Source: Lysobacter sp. (GTDB lineage: Bacteria > Pseudomonadota > Gammaproteobacteria > Xanthomonadales > Xanthomonadaceae). From it: a DNA stretch of 64,000 nucleotides. A program made the translations under genes and the position numbers. The notes under the pieces are model-generated. The model saw nothing but the letters and a program-made list of their open reading frames with translations. It was not told the origin of the DNA and did no database searches. The stretch lies in NCBI GenBank assembly GCA_036676275.1, contig JAKFDF010000064.1:1044-65043 (forward strand), read 5' to 3'. Shown here in pieces: positions 45,682 to 55,174 of this stretch. Within the stretch, counting starts at the first letter, position 1; the number at the start of each line of letters is the position of its first letter.

Positions 45682-46095
45682 ATGGCAAACGTGCAATGCA
45701 TCCTGGCCGCAGGCCTGTCGTGCTTCGGCATCGCCGCCTGCCAACCGGCCGGGGGGCCACCGGCCGCCGCCGGCAAGTCGTCCGTGCCAAGCGCTGCGGA
45801 ACCCTCCGCTCCCGTGCGGCCCGCGTCGGCCGTACCGCGCGCCAGCGGCGAAGCAATCCAGTATCTGTGCGCCGGCGGCACTGCCTTGTCGGCGAGCTAC
45901 GGCGCCGGCAAGGTGACCTTGCACTGGCCCGGCGGCCGCAGCGCGACCTTGCCGCGCGCCGAATCGGCGTCCCGGGGCGGTGGCGACGTTTACGTCGGCG
46001 ACCGCATCTCGCTGCTGCGCGACGGCGCGCGCATCGAGCTGCATGATGGCGACGCGCCTGCCATGGCCTGCACCGCATCCGGCAGCGGCCGCTGA
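45682..46095 (+). CDS. Lipoprotein with MliC-like C-terminal domain
   Basis: Lipobox IAAC, Ala/Pro linker, 'YLCAGG..LSASY...LPRAESAS.GG.DVY...C'. Confidence 0.6.
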   Translation: MANVQCILAAGLSCFGIAACQPAGGPPAAAGKSSVPSAAEPSAPVRPASAVPRASGEAIQYLCAGGTALSASYGAGKVTLHWPGGRSATLPRAESASRGGGDVYVGDRISLLRDGARIELHDGDAPAMACTASGSGR

Positions 46096-46168
46096 TCCGG
46101 CGGCCTTGCCGCGCGACGCACCCTGGGTGGAGCATTTGCTCCAGCCGCCACGAGGATGCTCCGACGAC

Positions 46169-46807
46169 ATGCATGCATCATCGCACCGTCAGGAAGCCGC
46201 CAATGCGTTGACCCACGGCGTCGGCGCGCTCGCGGCGCTGGGCGGCGGCGTGGCGCTGATCTTGCGGGCGGCCATGCAGGGCGATCATTGGCGCCTGGCC
46301 GCGGCGATCGTGTTCGCGACCAGCCTGCTGTTGCTGTACGTCGCCTCCACCCTGTACCACTGCGCACGCCGGCCCGATGCCAAGGCACGGCTGAAGGTGT
46401 TGGACCATTGCGCGATCTACCTGCTGATCGCGGGCACCTACACGCCGTTCACCCTGGTCGCCTTGCGCGGCGATGTCGGCTGGTGGCTGTTCGCGGCGAT
46501 CTGGTCGCTGGCCGCGCTGGGCGTGCTGTTCAAGCTCCGGTTCACCGGCCGGTTCAAGCTGGTGTCGACCCTGCTGTACGTCGCCATGGGCTGGCTGGCC
46601 ATGCTCGCGATCCGGCCGCTGATGGCCGCACTGGACGACTGGAGCCTGCGCTGGCTGGTGGCCGGCGGGATCGCCTACACCGCGGGCACGGTGTTCTACC
46701 ACCGGCCGTCGCTGCCCTATTCGCATGCGGTATGGCACCTGTTCGTGATCACCGGCAGCGCCTGCCACTACCTGGCGGTGCTGCCGCTGATGGTCCTCCC
46801 ACGCTGA
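46169..46807 (+). CDS. Hemolysin III / PAQR family membrane protein
   Basis: 'E.ANALTHG', 'STLYH', 'LDHCAIYLLIAGTYTP', 'HAVWHLFV', 7 TM helices. Confidence 0.92.
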   Translation: MHASSHRQEAANALTHGVGALAALGGGVALILRAAMQGDHWRLAAAIVFATSLLLLYVASTLYHCARRPDAKARLKVLDHCAIYLLIAGTYTPFTLVALRGDVGWWLFAAIWSLAALGVLFKLRFTGRFKLVSTLLYVAMGWLAMLAIRPLMAALDDWSLRWLVAGGIAYTAGTVFYHRPSLPYSHAVWHLFVITGSACHYLAVLPLMVLPR

Positions 46808-46889
46808 ACCGCGGCCCTTGGCTTCACCGTCGCTTGACCCGGCAATGGCGATGGTGGCGGACGATCCCGTCCACCCAAGAGGCTTTGCC

Positions 46890-47258
46890 ATGCGCCTTTC
46901 CGCTTTCCTGCCGCTGGCCGCAGTGTTGCTGCTGGGCGGCTGCAATCGCGACGCCGCCGACGATACCGCCGCCGACGCCACGCCGCCCGCCACCGTGACG
47001 CCGGCGCCGGCACCGGCCAGCAACGACGACAGCGGCATCACCATGCGCTACGCCTGCGACGGCAACACCAGCGTCGCGATCATGGGCGACACCGCCCGGG
47101 TGGACCTGCCCGACGGGCCCGACGTCACCCTGTCGAAGGTGGCCGGCAGCGCCCCCCCGGTGTTCACCGGCGCGGACGTGTACTTCGCCATCGGCGACAG
47201 CGGCGCGCACCTGTCGCAGGGCGACGAGTCCAATGAGCTGACCTGCCAGCCGCAATAG
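46890..47258 (+). CDS. Lipoprotein with divergent MliC-like domain
   Basis: Lipobox LGGC, Ala/Pro/Thr linker, 'YACDG...V.L..V.GS..VF......C' two-Cys domain. Confidence 0.5.
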   Translation: MRLSAFLPLAAVLLLGGCNRDAADDTAADATPPATVTPAPAPASNDDSGITMRYACDGNTSVAIMGDTARVDLPDGPDVTLSKVAGSAPPVFTGADVYFAIGDSGAHLSQGDESNELTCQPQ

Positions 47259-47275
47259 GCGGCTGCGCCGACGGC

Positions 47276-49249
47276 ATGACGGACCCGGACACCCGCGCAC
47301 CGCCCCTCGCTCCGCACCGGGCATGGGCCGGACTGCGTCGTCATCCCGGGCTGGCATTGCTGGCGGCGCTGCTGGTCGCGATCGCGATCCTGGTCGTGCT
47401 GTGGGACTGGAACTGGTTCCGCGGCCCGATCGAGCGCCAGGTCCAGGCGCGCACCGGGCGCAGTTTCGAGATTGGCGGCAACCTGGACGTCGACCTCGGG
47501 CGCATCACCACGATCCGCGCCGACGCATTGAGCTTCGGCAACGCGCCCTGGTCGAAGGACCCGACGATGGCGAGCACCGACCGGCTCGAATTCGCCATCG
47601 CCGTGTGGCCGCTGCTGCTGCATCGCGAAGTGCTGATACCGGACATCCACCTCGCCAAGCCGCGCCTTCGCCTGGAAAAGGGACCCAAGGGCGTCGGCAA
47701 CTGGGTCTTCGGCGAACCCGGCGGCATGCAGCCGCAATTCCGGCGGTTGTGGATCGACGACGGCCGCCTGCGCTTCATCGATGCGGCGGCGAAGACCGAC
47801 ATCGACGTCGCCGTCGACAGCACCGCGCAAGGCAAGGGCGAAACCGCGCCTGCGATCGCGGTCGAAGGCGGCGGCCGTTGGCAGGGCAACCGCTTCAGCG
47901 TGCGTGGACGCGCGGAGTCGCCGCTGGACCTGCGCGATACGCAGAGCCCCTATCGCATCGACGCCCATGCGCAGGCGGGCGCCACCCGGGCGCACGCACG
48001 CGGAACCCTCCTCGATCCACTGCGGCTGCGCGATTTCGACCTCAAGCTGGCATTGGCCGGCAAGGACCTCGCCGACCTTTATCCGCTGCTCGGCATCGCC
48101 ACCCCGCCGACGCCGCCATACACGCTCGACGGGCGGCTGACGCGCGGGATCGAGGATGGCCGCACCACCTGGCATTACGATGGATTCAGCGGCACGGTCG
48201 GCGACAGCGACCTGGCTGGCAGCGCCAGCGTCACCACCGGTGGCGCACGCCCTTTCCTGCGGGCCGACCTGGTGTCCAGGAAGCTGGACTTCGATGACCT
48301 GGCCGGCTTCGTCGGCGCCGCGCCCCAGGCCGGCGGCAAGGAAAGCACCAATCCGGAGCTCGCCGCCCAGGCCGCGCGCCAACGGGCCAGCGCGAAACTG
48401 TTGCCCGACACCCCGTACGAGCTCGACAAGCTGCGCGCGATGGATGCCGACGTGCGCTGGAAGGCGCACCGGATCGACGCGCCGAAGCTGCCGCTCGACG
48501 ACATGGATGCGCACCTGCTGCTGGAAAACGGCGTGCTGCAGCTCAAGCCGCTCAACTTCGGGGTCGCCGGCGGCGACATCCGTTCCGACATCCGCATGGA
48601 TGCGCGCGAGTCGCCGATCCGTACCCGCGCGGACATCTCCGCGCGCGGCCTCAACCTCGCGCCGCTGCTGCCCGACGTGAAGCTGGCGCAGGACGCGATC
48701 GGCAAGGTCGGCGGCAAGATCGCCCTCAGCGGAACCGGCAACTCGATCGCGAAGATGCTCGGCAGCAGCGATGGCAGCGCCGCGCTCGGCATGGGCCGCG
48801 GGCAGGTGAGCAACCTGCTGATGGAATACGCCGGGCTGGACGTCGCCGAGGCGCTGAAATTCCTGGTGCGCGGCGACCGCAAGGTACCGATCCGCTGCGC
48901 GTTCGGCGACTTCGCGGTCAAGGACGGGGTGATGACGAGCCGCGCGCTGGCCTTCGATACCGCCGACACGATCATCGTCGGCGAAGGCGCGATCAGCCTG
49001 AAGGACGAGACGCTGCGGCTGAAGCTGCGGCCGCGGCCGAAGGACCGCAGCCTGCTGGTGTTCCGCTCGCCGCTGATCGTCGAGGGAACGTTCAAGGATC
49101 CGGACATCCACCCGGACTATGCCCGCGTCGGCCTGCGCGGGGCGATCGCGCTGGTGCTGGGCAGCATCGCGCCGCCGGCGGCGTTGCTGGCGACGCTGGA
49201 ACTCGGGCCGGGCGAGGATTCCGGCTGCGGCGGCAAATACGCGAAATAG
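47276..49249 (+). CDS. AsmA family protein (YhjG-like)
   Basis: N-terminal TM 'WDWNWFRGPIER', 'GDSDLAG', 'LDFDDL', 'IRCAFGDF', 'GTFKDP'. Confidence 0.88.
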   Translation: MTDPDTRAPPLAPHRAWAGLRRHPGLALLAALLVAIAILVVLWDWNWFRGPIERQVQARTGRSFEIGGNLDVDLGRITTIRADALSFGNAPWSKDPTMASTDRLEFAIAVWPLLLHREVLIPDIHLAKPRLRLEKGPKGVGNWVFGEPGGMQPQFRRLWIDDGRLRFIDAAAKTDIDVAVDSTAQGKGETAPAIAVEGGGRWQGNRFSVRGRAESPLDLRDTQSPYRIDAHAQAGATRAHARGTLLDPLRLRDFDLKLALAGKDLADLYPLLGIATPPTPPYTLDGRLTRGIEDGRTTWHYDGFSGTVGDSDLAGSASVTTGGARPFLRADLVSRKLDFDDLAGFVGAAPQAGGKESTNPELAAQAARQRASAKLLPDTPYELDKLRAMDADVRWKAHRIDAPKLPLDDMDAHLLLENGVLQLKPLNFGVAGGDIRSDIRMDARESPIRTRADISARGLNLAPLLPDVKLAQDAIGKVGGKIALSGTGNSIAKMLGSSDGSAALGMGRGQVSNLLMEYAGLDVAEALKFLVRGDRKVPIRCAFGDFAVKDGVMTSRALAFDTADTIIVGEGAISLKDETLRLKLRPRPKDRSLLVFRSPLIVEGTFKDPDIHPDYARVGLRGAIALVLGSIAPPAALLATLELGPGEDSGCGGKYAK

Positions 49250-49308
49250 CCGGCGTACTGGCCGTCCGTGCAGCCCACCGACCCGTCATCGCCATCCGTT
49301 CGGGATGG

Positions 49309-49372
49309 GTAGGAGCGCCTTGCAGGCGCGAGCTTTTGCAGGGAACAGCTCGCGCCTGCACGGCGCTCCTGC
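49309..49372. repeat. GTAG-family REP doublet (REPIN) between convergent genes
   Basis: GTAGGAGCGCCTTGCAGGCGCGAGCT (49309-49334) and its inverted copy at 49347-49372 with 2 mismatches; each unit is GT(C)AG plus an imperfect palindrome. Confidence 0.8.
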
Positions 49373-49377
49373 ACAGC

Positions 49378-49806
49378 TCAGCTGGCGATGTAACGCTGCA
49401 ACTGGTCCAGTTCCAGTTGCTGGTCCTCGATCACCGCCTTGACCAGGTCGCCGATCGAGACCACGCCGAGCACGTTGGCGCCGTCGAGCACCGGCAGGTG
49501 GCGGATGCGACGGTCCGTCACCAGCTGCATGCAGCGGTCGGCACTGTCGCCCAGGCCGACGCTGACCACCTCGGTGGTCATGATGTCGCGCACCGGGGTG
49601 TCCTTGGACGAGCGCCCCTGCAGCACGATCTTGCGCGCGTAGTCGCGCTCGGAAACGATCCCGACCAGGCTGCCGGCCTGCATCACCAGCAGCGCGCCGA
49701 TGCGTTTCTCGGCCATCAGCCGGATCGCATCCACCACCGGCGCATCCGGCCCGATGGCGAAGACTTCAGGCGCCTTGGCTTCGAGCAATTGCCTCACGGT
49801 GCGCAT
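49378..49806 (-). CDS. CBS-domain pair protein
   Basis: 'IGALLVM', 'GIVSERDYARK', 'V.DIMT', 'IRHLPV', 'GVVSIGDLVK'. Confidence 0.9.
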   Translation of the reverse strand: MRTVRQLLEAKAPEVFAIGPDAPVVDAIRLMAEKRIGALLVMQAGSLVGIVSERDYARKIVLQGRSSKDTPVRDIMTTEVVSVGLGDSADRCMQLVTDRRIRHLPVLDGANVLGVVSIGDLVKAVIEDQQLELDQLQRYIAS

Positions 49807-50788
49807 TGCCATCTCCTTCGACAGGGGGCTGTCGCGAGGATACTCCCGCCGCCGGCCGCCAGGCATCGACCAGGTACAGCGGACGCTGCTTGGACTCCAT
49901 GTACAGCCGGCCGAGGTATTCGCCGATCAGGCCCAGCGCCACCAGCTGCGTGCCTCCCAGGAACAGGATCACCGACATCATGGTCGGCCAGCCGGCGACC
50001 GGATCGCCCCACAGCAGCGCCTTGCCGATGATCCACAGCGCATAGACGAACGCCAGAAGCGCGGTCAGCACGCCCAGGTAGGTCGCCAGCCGCAGCGGCG
50101 CGGTGCTGAAGCTGGTGATGCCCTCGAGCGCGAAATTCCACAGCTTCCAGAAATTGAACTTGCTGCGGCCGGCGATCCGTGCGTCGCGCTGGTACGCGAT
50201 GGCGACCCGCTCGAAGCCGACCCAGCCGAACAGGCCCTTCATGAAGCGGTGGCGTTCGCGCAGTTGCCGCAGCGCGGCCAGCGCGCGCGGCGACAGCAGG
50301 CGGAAGTCGCCGGTGTCCTCCGGGATCGGGGTCTTCGACAGCCGCCCGATCAGTCGATAGAACACGTGCGCCGTGCCGCGCTTGAGCAGCCCCTCGCCAT
50401 CGCGGGCGATGCGCGTGCCATGGACGTCATCAAAGCCTTCGCGCCACTTGGCCACGAACTGCGGGATCAGCTCCGGCGGGTCCTGGGCGTCGGCGTCGAG
50501 GATCAGCGCTGCGCCGGCATCGACCCGGTCCAGGCCCGCGGTCAGCGCCGCCTCCTTGCCGAAATTGCGCGACAGCCGCAGCAACGACACCCGTGGATCG
50601 GCGGCGGCGATCCGCTGCAATGCCGCCCAGGTACCGTCGCTGCTGCCGTCGTCGACGTAGAGCACGCGGCCATCGACACCATCGCCACGCAGCCCATCCA
50701 GCACCGCGGCCAGCCGCGGATGCAGCACGGGCAGGGCCTCGGCCTCGTTGAAGGCGGCAACGACGACGGTGAGCAGGTCTGCGGTCAT
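49766..50788 (-). CDS. GT2 polyprenol-phosphate glycosyltransferase (GtrB/ArnC-like)
   Basis: 'VVAAFNEAE', 'VDDGSSD', 'SRNFGKEAAL.AG', 'DADAQDPPE', 'TGDFRLL', two C-terminal TM helices; 3' end overlaps the CBS start. Confidence 0.9.
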   Translation of the reverse strand: MTADLLTVVVAAFNEAEALPVLHPRLAAVLDGLRGDGVDGRVLYVDDGSSDGTWAALQRIAAADPRVSLLRLSRNFGKEAALTAGLDRVDAGAALILDADAQDPPELIPQFVAKWREGFDDVHGTRIARDGEGLLKRGTAHVFYRLIGRLSKTPIPEDTGDFRLLSPRALAALRQLRERHRFMKGLFGWVGFERVAIAYQRDARIAGRSKFNFWKLWNFALEGITSFSTAPLRLATYLGVLTALLAFVYALWIIGKALLWGDPVAGWPTMMSVILFLGGTQLVALGLIGEYLGRLYMESKQRPLYLVDAWRPAAGVSSRQPPVEGDGNAHREAIARSQGA

Positions 50789-50827
50789 GGCGCGATGGTA
50801 GCGGGCACGGTGGCGGTCTTGACTATG

Positions 50828-50851
50828 TTCCATATTTCTGGAAGGATGGAA
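50828..50851. promoter_or_regulatory. Candidate ArsR operator
   Basis: Imperfect 11-2-11 palindrome TTCCATATTTC-TG-GAAGGATGGAA in an AT-rich patch immediately before arsR. Confidence 0.65.
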
Positions 50852-50853
50852 TA

Positions 50854-51207
50854 ATGAAGACGGACATCGCCCTGGCAGCACTCAGCGCCCTTGGCCAACC
50901 CAGCCGCCTGGCCGCATTCCGTGCCCTGGTCCAGGCCGGGCCGGACGGCTTGCCCGTCGGCGAGCTGCGCGAACGCCTCGACCTGCCCCCCGCCACGCTC
51001 AGCGCCCACCTCAACGTGCTGCGCCGCGCCGGCCTGGTGCGCGATGCGCGCGAAGGCCGGGTGATCCGGGTCACCGCCGAATACGCGCAGATGAACGCAC
51101 TGCTCGCCTACCTCACCGAAAACTGCTGCGCCGGAGTCGCTTGCGGCGACTCCGGCCGCGACCTGCCCGCTGCCTGCAGCCCCACCCCCAAGGAGCCATC
51201 GCCATGA
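50854..51207 (+). CDS. arsR: ArsR repressor with C-terminal As(III) site (CC-x4-C)
   Basis: 'LSALGQPSRL', 'TLSAHL', 'ENCCAGVAC' as in Acidithiobacillus-type ArsR. Confidence 0.88.
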   Translation: MKTDIALAALSALGQPSRLAAFRALVQAGPDGLPVGELRERLDLPPATLSAHLNVLRRAGLVRDAREGRVIRVTAEYAQMNALLAYLTENCCAGVACGDSGRDLPAACSPTPKEPSP

Positions 51208-51728
51208 CCGCGCACCGATTCCACGTCCACGTCCACGTCGCCGACCTCGAAGCCAGCCTGCGCTTCTACACGCAGCTGTTCGGCACCGACCCGAGCGTGC
51301 ACAAGCCCGACTACGCCAAGTGGATGCTCGACGATCCGCGCCTGAACTTCGCGATCTCCAGCGGCAGGGCCGGCGACACCGGCATCGCCCACCTCGGCCT
51401 GCAGGCGGACACGCCCGAGGCGCTGGCGGCGATCGGCACGCGCCTGGAGGCCGCCGATGCGATCGCATTGGCCGAAACCGGCACCACCTGCTGCTACGCG
51501 CGCTCGGACAAGTTCTGGGCGCAGGATCCGCAGGGCGTGCGCTGGGAAGCGTTCCACAGCCACGGCGAGGCGACGAGTTACCACGCGCCCGACAGCGACG
51601 CATCGACCGCGACCTGCTGCGGCCCGGATGCGGGGGTTGCGGCAATGGCCGCCGCGCTGGCCGCGCCAGTCACCAACACCGGCAAGGCCGCGTGCTGCGG
51701 TCCGGCGTCGACATCGGCCTGCTGCTGA
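51204..51728 (+). CDS. ArsI/CadI-like VOC-family protein with Cys-pair-rich tail
   Basis: 'RFHVHVHV', 'YAKWMLDDPRLNFAIS', 'HLGLQ', 'TTCCYARSDK', 'DPQG..WE'. Confidence 0.85.
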   Translation: MTAHRFHVHVHVADLEASLRFYTQLFGTDPSVHKPDYAKWMLDDPRLNFAISSGRAGDTGIAHLGLQADTPEALAAIGTRLEAADAIALAETGTTCCYARSDKFWAQDPQGVRWEAFHSHGEATSYHAPDSDASTATCCGPDAGVAAMAAALAAPVTNTGKAACCGPASTSACC

Positions 51729-51752
51729 TCCCGCCTGCATCCGACCGCGACC

Positions 51753-52256
51753 ATGACCGACAAGACCCGCAACGTGCTGTTCCTGTGCACCGGCAATTCC
51801 GCGCGCAGCGTGATGGCCGAGGCCTTGCTCAACGTGCTCGGCGCAGGACGCTTCCGGGCGTTCAGCGCAGGCAGCCATCCGTCCGGCCGCGTGCAGCCGC
51901 TGGCGGCCGAACTCGCCGCCGCGATCGGTTACGACACCTCGCAATTGCGCAGCAAGTCCTGGGATGAGTTCGCGGCTCCGGGCGCGCCGCCGATCGACCT
52001 GGTGGTCACGGTCTGCGACAACGCCGCCGGCGAAGCCTGTCCGGTCTGGCCGGGCGGGCCTGCGACCGCGCACTGGGGCGTGGACGATCCGGCCGCGGTC
52101 GACGGCGACGAGGACGCGCGTCGTCGCGCCTACCTCGCCGCCTTCGCCGTCTTGCGCCGACGCGTGGAACTGCTGGTTGCGCTGCCGCTGGACAAGCTCG
52201 ACCGGCTGGCCGCGCAGCGCGAGGTCCGCGCGATCGGCGGCACGGGCGCGCAATGA
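51753..52256 (+). CDS. arsC: Arsenate reductase (thioredoxin-coupled, LMW-PTP fold)
   Basis: 'FLCTGNSARS', 'VCDNAAGEACPVWPG', 'HWGVDDP'. Confidence 0.92.
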   Translation: MTDKTRNVLFLCTGNSARSVMAEALLNVLGAGRFRAFSAGSHPSGRVQPLAAELAAAIGYDTSQLRSKSWDEFAAPGAPPIDLVVTVCDNAAGEACPVWPGGPATAHWGVDDPAAVDGDEDARRRAYLAAFAVLRRRVELLVALPLDKLDRLAAQREVRAIGGTGAQ

Positions 52257-53362
52257 GCGCGGCTCCCGCCGGCATCGAACCGGCACTGCCGCCACTGGGC
52301 CGTTTCGAACGCTGGCTGAGCGCATGGGTCGCGTCGTGCATCGTCGTCGGCATCGGGCTCGGGCGGATGTTCCCGCACGCGTTCGCGACGATCGGCGACG
52401 CGCAGCTCGCAAGCGTGAACCTGCCCGTGGCCGCACTGGTGTGGCTGATGATCGTGCCGATGCTGATGAAGGTCGATTTCGCGGCATTGCGCGAAGTCGG
52501 CCAGCACTGGAAGGGCGCTGGCGTCACCCTGTTCGTCAACTGGGCGGTGAAGCCGTTCTCGATGGCATTGCTCGGCTGGTTGTTCATCGGCGTGCTGTTC
52601 CGGCCGTGGCTGCCGGCGTCGCAGATCGAGTCCTACATCGCCGGGCTGGTGCTGCTGGCGGCCGCGCCGTGCACGGCGATGGTGTTCGTCTGGAGCAGCC
52701 TGTGCCGCGGCGAGCCGCATTTCACCCTCGCCCAGGTGGCGCTCAACGACACGATCATGCTGGTGGCGTTCGCGCCGATCGTCGGGCTGCTGCTGGGGCT
52801 TGCGGCGATCACGGTCCCGTACCCGACCCTGCTGCTGTCGGTGCTGCTGTACATCCTGGTGCCGATCGCGATCGCGCAGGCGTTGCGGCGCGCGTGCATG
52901 GCGCGCGGCGGACAGGCGGCGCTCGACGGCTTGTTGCGCCGGCTCGGGCCGCTGTCGCTGCTCGCATTGCTGGCCACGCTGGTGCTGCTGTTCGGCTTCC
53001 AGGGCGGGGAGATCGTGCGCCAGCCGCTGGTGATCGCGTTGCTGGCGGTGCCGATCCTGGTGCAGGTCTACTTCAACGCCGGGCTGGCGTACTGGCTCAA
53101 CCGCCGTTTCGGCGTCGCCCATTGCGTCGCCGGGCCGAGTGCGCTGATCGGCGCCAGCAACTTCTTCGAACTCGCGGTCGCCACGGCGATCGCCCTGTTC
53201 GGGCTGCGCTCCGGCGCGGCGCTTGCAACCGTGGTCGGGGTGTTGATCGAGGTGCCGGTGATGTTGTCGGTGGTGCGCATCGTCAACCGCTCGCGCGGCT
53301 GGTACGAACGCGGCGCCAGGGCCGGCGTACCGGCGCAGCCTCAGTCCAGCGTGTCCAGGTAG
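52253..53362 (+). CDS. acr3: Acr3 arsenite efflux transporter
   Basis: 'FERWLS.WV', 'NW.VKPFSM', '[10 protein letters not shown]', '[11 protein letters not shown]'. Confidence 0.93.
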   Translation: MSAAPAGIEPALPPLGRFERWLSAWVASCIVVGIGLGRMFPHAFATIGDAQLASVNLPVAALVWLMIVPMLMKVDFAALREVGQHWKGAGVTLFVNWAVKPFSMALLGWLFIGVLFRPWLPASQIESYIAGLVLLAAAPCTAMVFVWSSLCRGEPHFTLAQVALNDTIMLVAFAPIVGLLLGLAAITVPYPTLLLSVLLYILVPIAIAQALRRACMARGGQAALDGLLRRLGPLSLLALLATLVLLFGFQGGEIVRQPLVIALLAVPILVQVYFNAGLAYWLNRRFGVAHCVAGPSALIGASNFFELAVATAIALFGLRSGAALATVVGVLIEVPVMLSVVRIVNRSRGWYERGARAGVPAQPQSSVSR

Positions 53363-54081
53363 GCGTTGCCGCCCAGGTATCGCATCTGCCGCTGGATGCC
53401 GTTGCTGCGACGCTGCACGTAGGGGCCGGGATTGCGCGCGTCGTAACGCCTGGGGTTGGGCAGCACCGCCGCCAGCCGCGCGCTCTCGGCCGGCGACAGC
53501 CGGCTCGCATCCTTGCCGAAGAAGCTGCGCGCCGCCGCCTGCGCGCCATAGACGCCGTCGCCGAACTCGGCGATGTTGGCGTATACCTCCAGGATCCGCC
53601 GCTTGGACCACAGCGCCTCGATCAGCACCGTGTACCAGGCCTCGATGCCCTTGCGCACCCAGCTGCGCCCGCTCCACAGGAACAGGTTCTTCGCCACCTG
53701 CTGGCTGATGGTGCTGGCGCCGCGCACCTTGCGACCGCGCGCGTTGTTGCGCCGCGCCTTCTCGATCGCCTTGAAATCGAAGCCGTGGTGGACGGGGAAG
53801 TTCTGGTCCTCCGCGGCGACCAGCGCCAACGGCAGGCTCGGGGCGATGCGGTCGAGATCTCGCCAGTCGTGGACGATGCCGTAATCCCAGTCGCCCTGGC
53901 GCCAGGCCGAGAACTGTCGCGCGGCCATGAACGCCGAGAACGGCGGGTCGACGAAACGCAACGCCAGCACCTGCAGCACCGTGGCCAGCAGCGCAAGCAG
54001 CGGCAATGCCAGCAACCAGCGCCAGCGGCGGAGTCGCAACGATCGCTTCGGATCGGGTGGCGGAAGTGGTTCGGCTTGCAC
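53341..54081 (-). CDS. mtgA: Monofunctional biosynthetic peptidoglycan transglycosylase
   Basis: GT51 motifs 'AAEDQNF..H.GFD', '[16 protein letters not shown]', 'RK..E', '[10 protein letters not shown]'; start probably GTG 54081. Confidence 0.93.
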   Translation of the reverse strand: MQAEPLPPPDPKRSLRLRRWRWLLALPLLALLATVLQVLALRFVDPPFSAFMAARQFSAWRQGDWDYGIVHDWRDLDRIAPSLPLALVAAEDQNFPVHHGFDFKAIEKARRNNARGRKVRGASTISQQVAKNLFLWSGRSWVRKGIEAWYTVLIEALWSKRRILEVYANIAEFGDGVYGAQAAARSFFGKDASRLSPAESARLAAVLPNPRRYDARNPGPYVQRRSNGIQRQMRYLGGNAYLDTLD

Positions 54082-54102
54082 TGGCGGCCCCTGGTCCCCA
54101 TT
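54075..54102 (+). promoter_or_regulatory. Candidate sigma32 promoter of hslO
   Basis: CTTGCA (54075-54080), 15 nt, CCCCATT (54096-54102), about 80 nt before the hslO ATG. Confidence 0.7.
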
Positions 54103-54181
54103 GAGCGGACATCCAGCCGCGTCACGCGCATTATCGCCGTCGCGCGCTCCGTCGCATGCCACCCCCGCACGAGTCCCTTGC

Positions 54182-55123
54182 ATGAGCCACCCCACGAGCA
54201 CGCCCGCCCCCCACGCCGCCACCGATGGCGACGACGATCGCCTGACCCGTTTCCTGCTGCAGGCAGCCGGAGTGCGCGGCGTGCACGTGCGCCTGGACGA
54301 GACCTGGGCGCGGATCCGGGAACGTGCCGGCGGTGGCAAGGACGCGCCGGCCGCGGTGACCGAAATGCTGGGCGAGGCCGCCGTCGCCGCGGCGCTGTTC
54401 ACAGGCCATGCCAAGATCGACGGCCGGCTCTCGGTGCAGCTGCGCGGCAACGGCCCCTTGCGCACCTTGTTCGCCGAATGCACGGCCGCCGGCACCCTGC
54501 GGGGCATCGCCCAGGTCAGCGACGATGCACCGCTGCCGCGCGACCTGCGCGCACTTGGCGCGGACGCGGTACTGGCCATCACGATCGAGAACCCGGCCGC
54601 CGCCGGCCGCGAACCCGTGCGCTACCAGGGCCTGGTGGCGCTGGAGTCCGAGTCGCTGGCTGGCGCCTTCGAGGACTACTTCCGCCAGTCCGAACAGCTG
54701 CCTACGCGCCTGCTGCTCGCCGCGGACGGAAACCGGGCCAGCGGGCTGATGCTGCAGAAGCTGCCGGGCGACGGTGGCGACGATGATGGCTGGAATCGCG
54801 CCGGCGCCCTGTTCGAGACCCTGTCGCCCGACGAGCTGCTGGCCTGGCCGGCTGCCACCGTGCTGCGGCGGCTGTTCCATGAGGACGGGGTCGAGGTGCT
54901 GGGCCACCGATCGCTGCGCTTCGCCTGCTCCTGCTCCCGGGACCGGGTGGCCTCCATGTTGCAGTCCCTCGGGCAGGACGAGGCCAGGGCGGCGGCGGCC
55001 GATGGCGACGCCGAGGTCCGTTGCGAATTCTGCGGGGAACGGTACCGGTTCAGGGCTGGGGAAATCGAGGCCCTGTTCCCGGCCGGGACGGTTACCGTCG
55101 AGGCCCCGGGGCGGGTGCAATGA
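54182..55123 (+). CDS. hslO: Hsp33 redox-regulated chaperone
   Basis: 'YQGLVAL', 'YF.QSEQLPT', zinc centre 'CSCSR...CEFCG'. Confidence 0.94.
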   Translation: MSHPTSTPAPHAATDGDDDRLTRFLLQAAGVRGVHVRLDETWARIRERAGGGKDAPAAVTEMLGEAAVAAALFTGHAKIDGRLSVQLRGNGPLRTLFAECTAAGTLRGIAQVSDDAPLPRDLRALGADAVLAITIENPAAAGREPVRYQGLVALESESLAGAFEDYFRQSEQLPTRLLLAADGNRASGLMLQKLPGDGGDDDGWNRAGALFETLSPDELLAWPAATVLRRLFHEDGVEVLGHRSLRFACSCSRDRVASMLQSLGQDEARAAAADGDAEVRCEFCGERYRFRAGEIEALFPAGTVTVEAPGRVQ

Positions 55124-55145
55124 GACGGATTTCACGCTTGCCTGA

Positions 55146-55174
55146 TTGTTAAAGAAACATAAATCCAGTAGATT
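55146..55174 (+). promoter_or_regulatory. Candidate sigma70 promoter containing the shared TTGTTAAAGAA motif
   Basis: TTGTTA (55146-55151), 17 nt, TAGATT (55169-55174). Confidence 0.55.
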
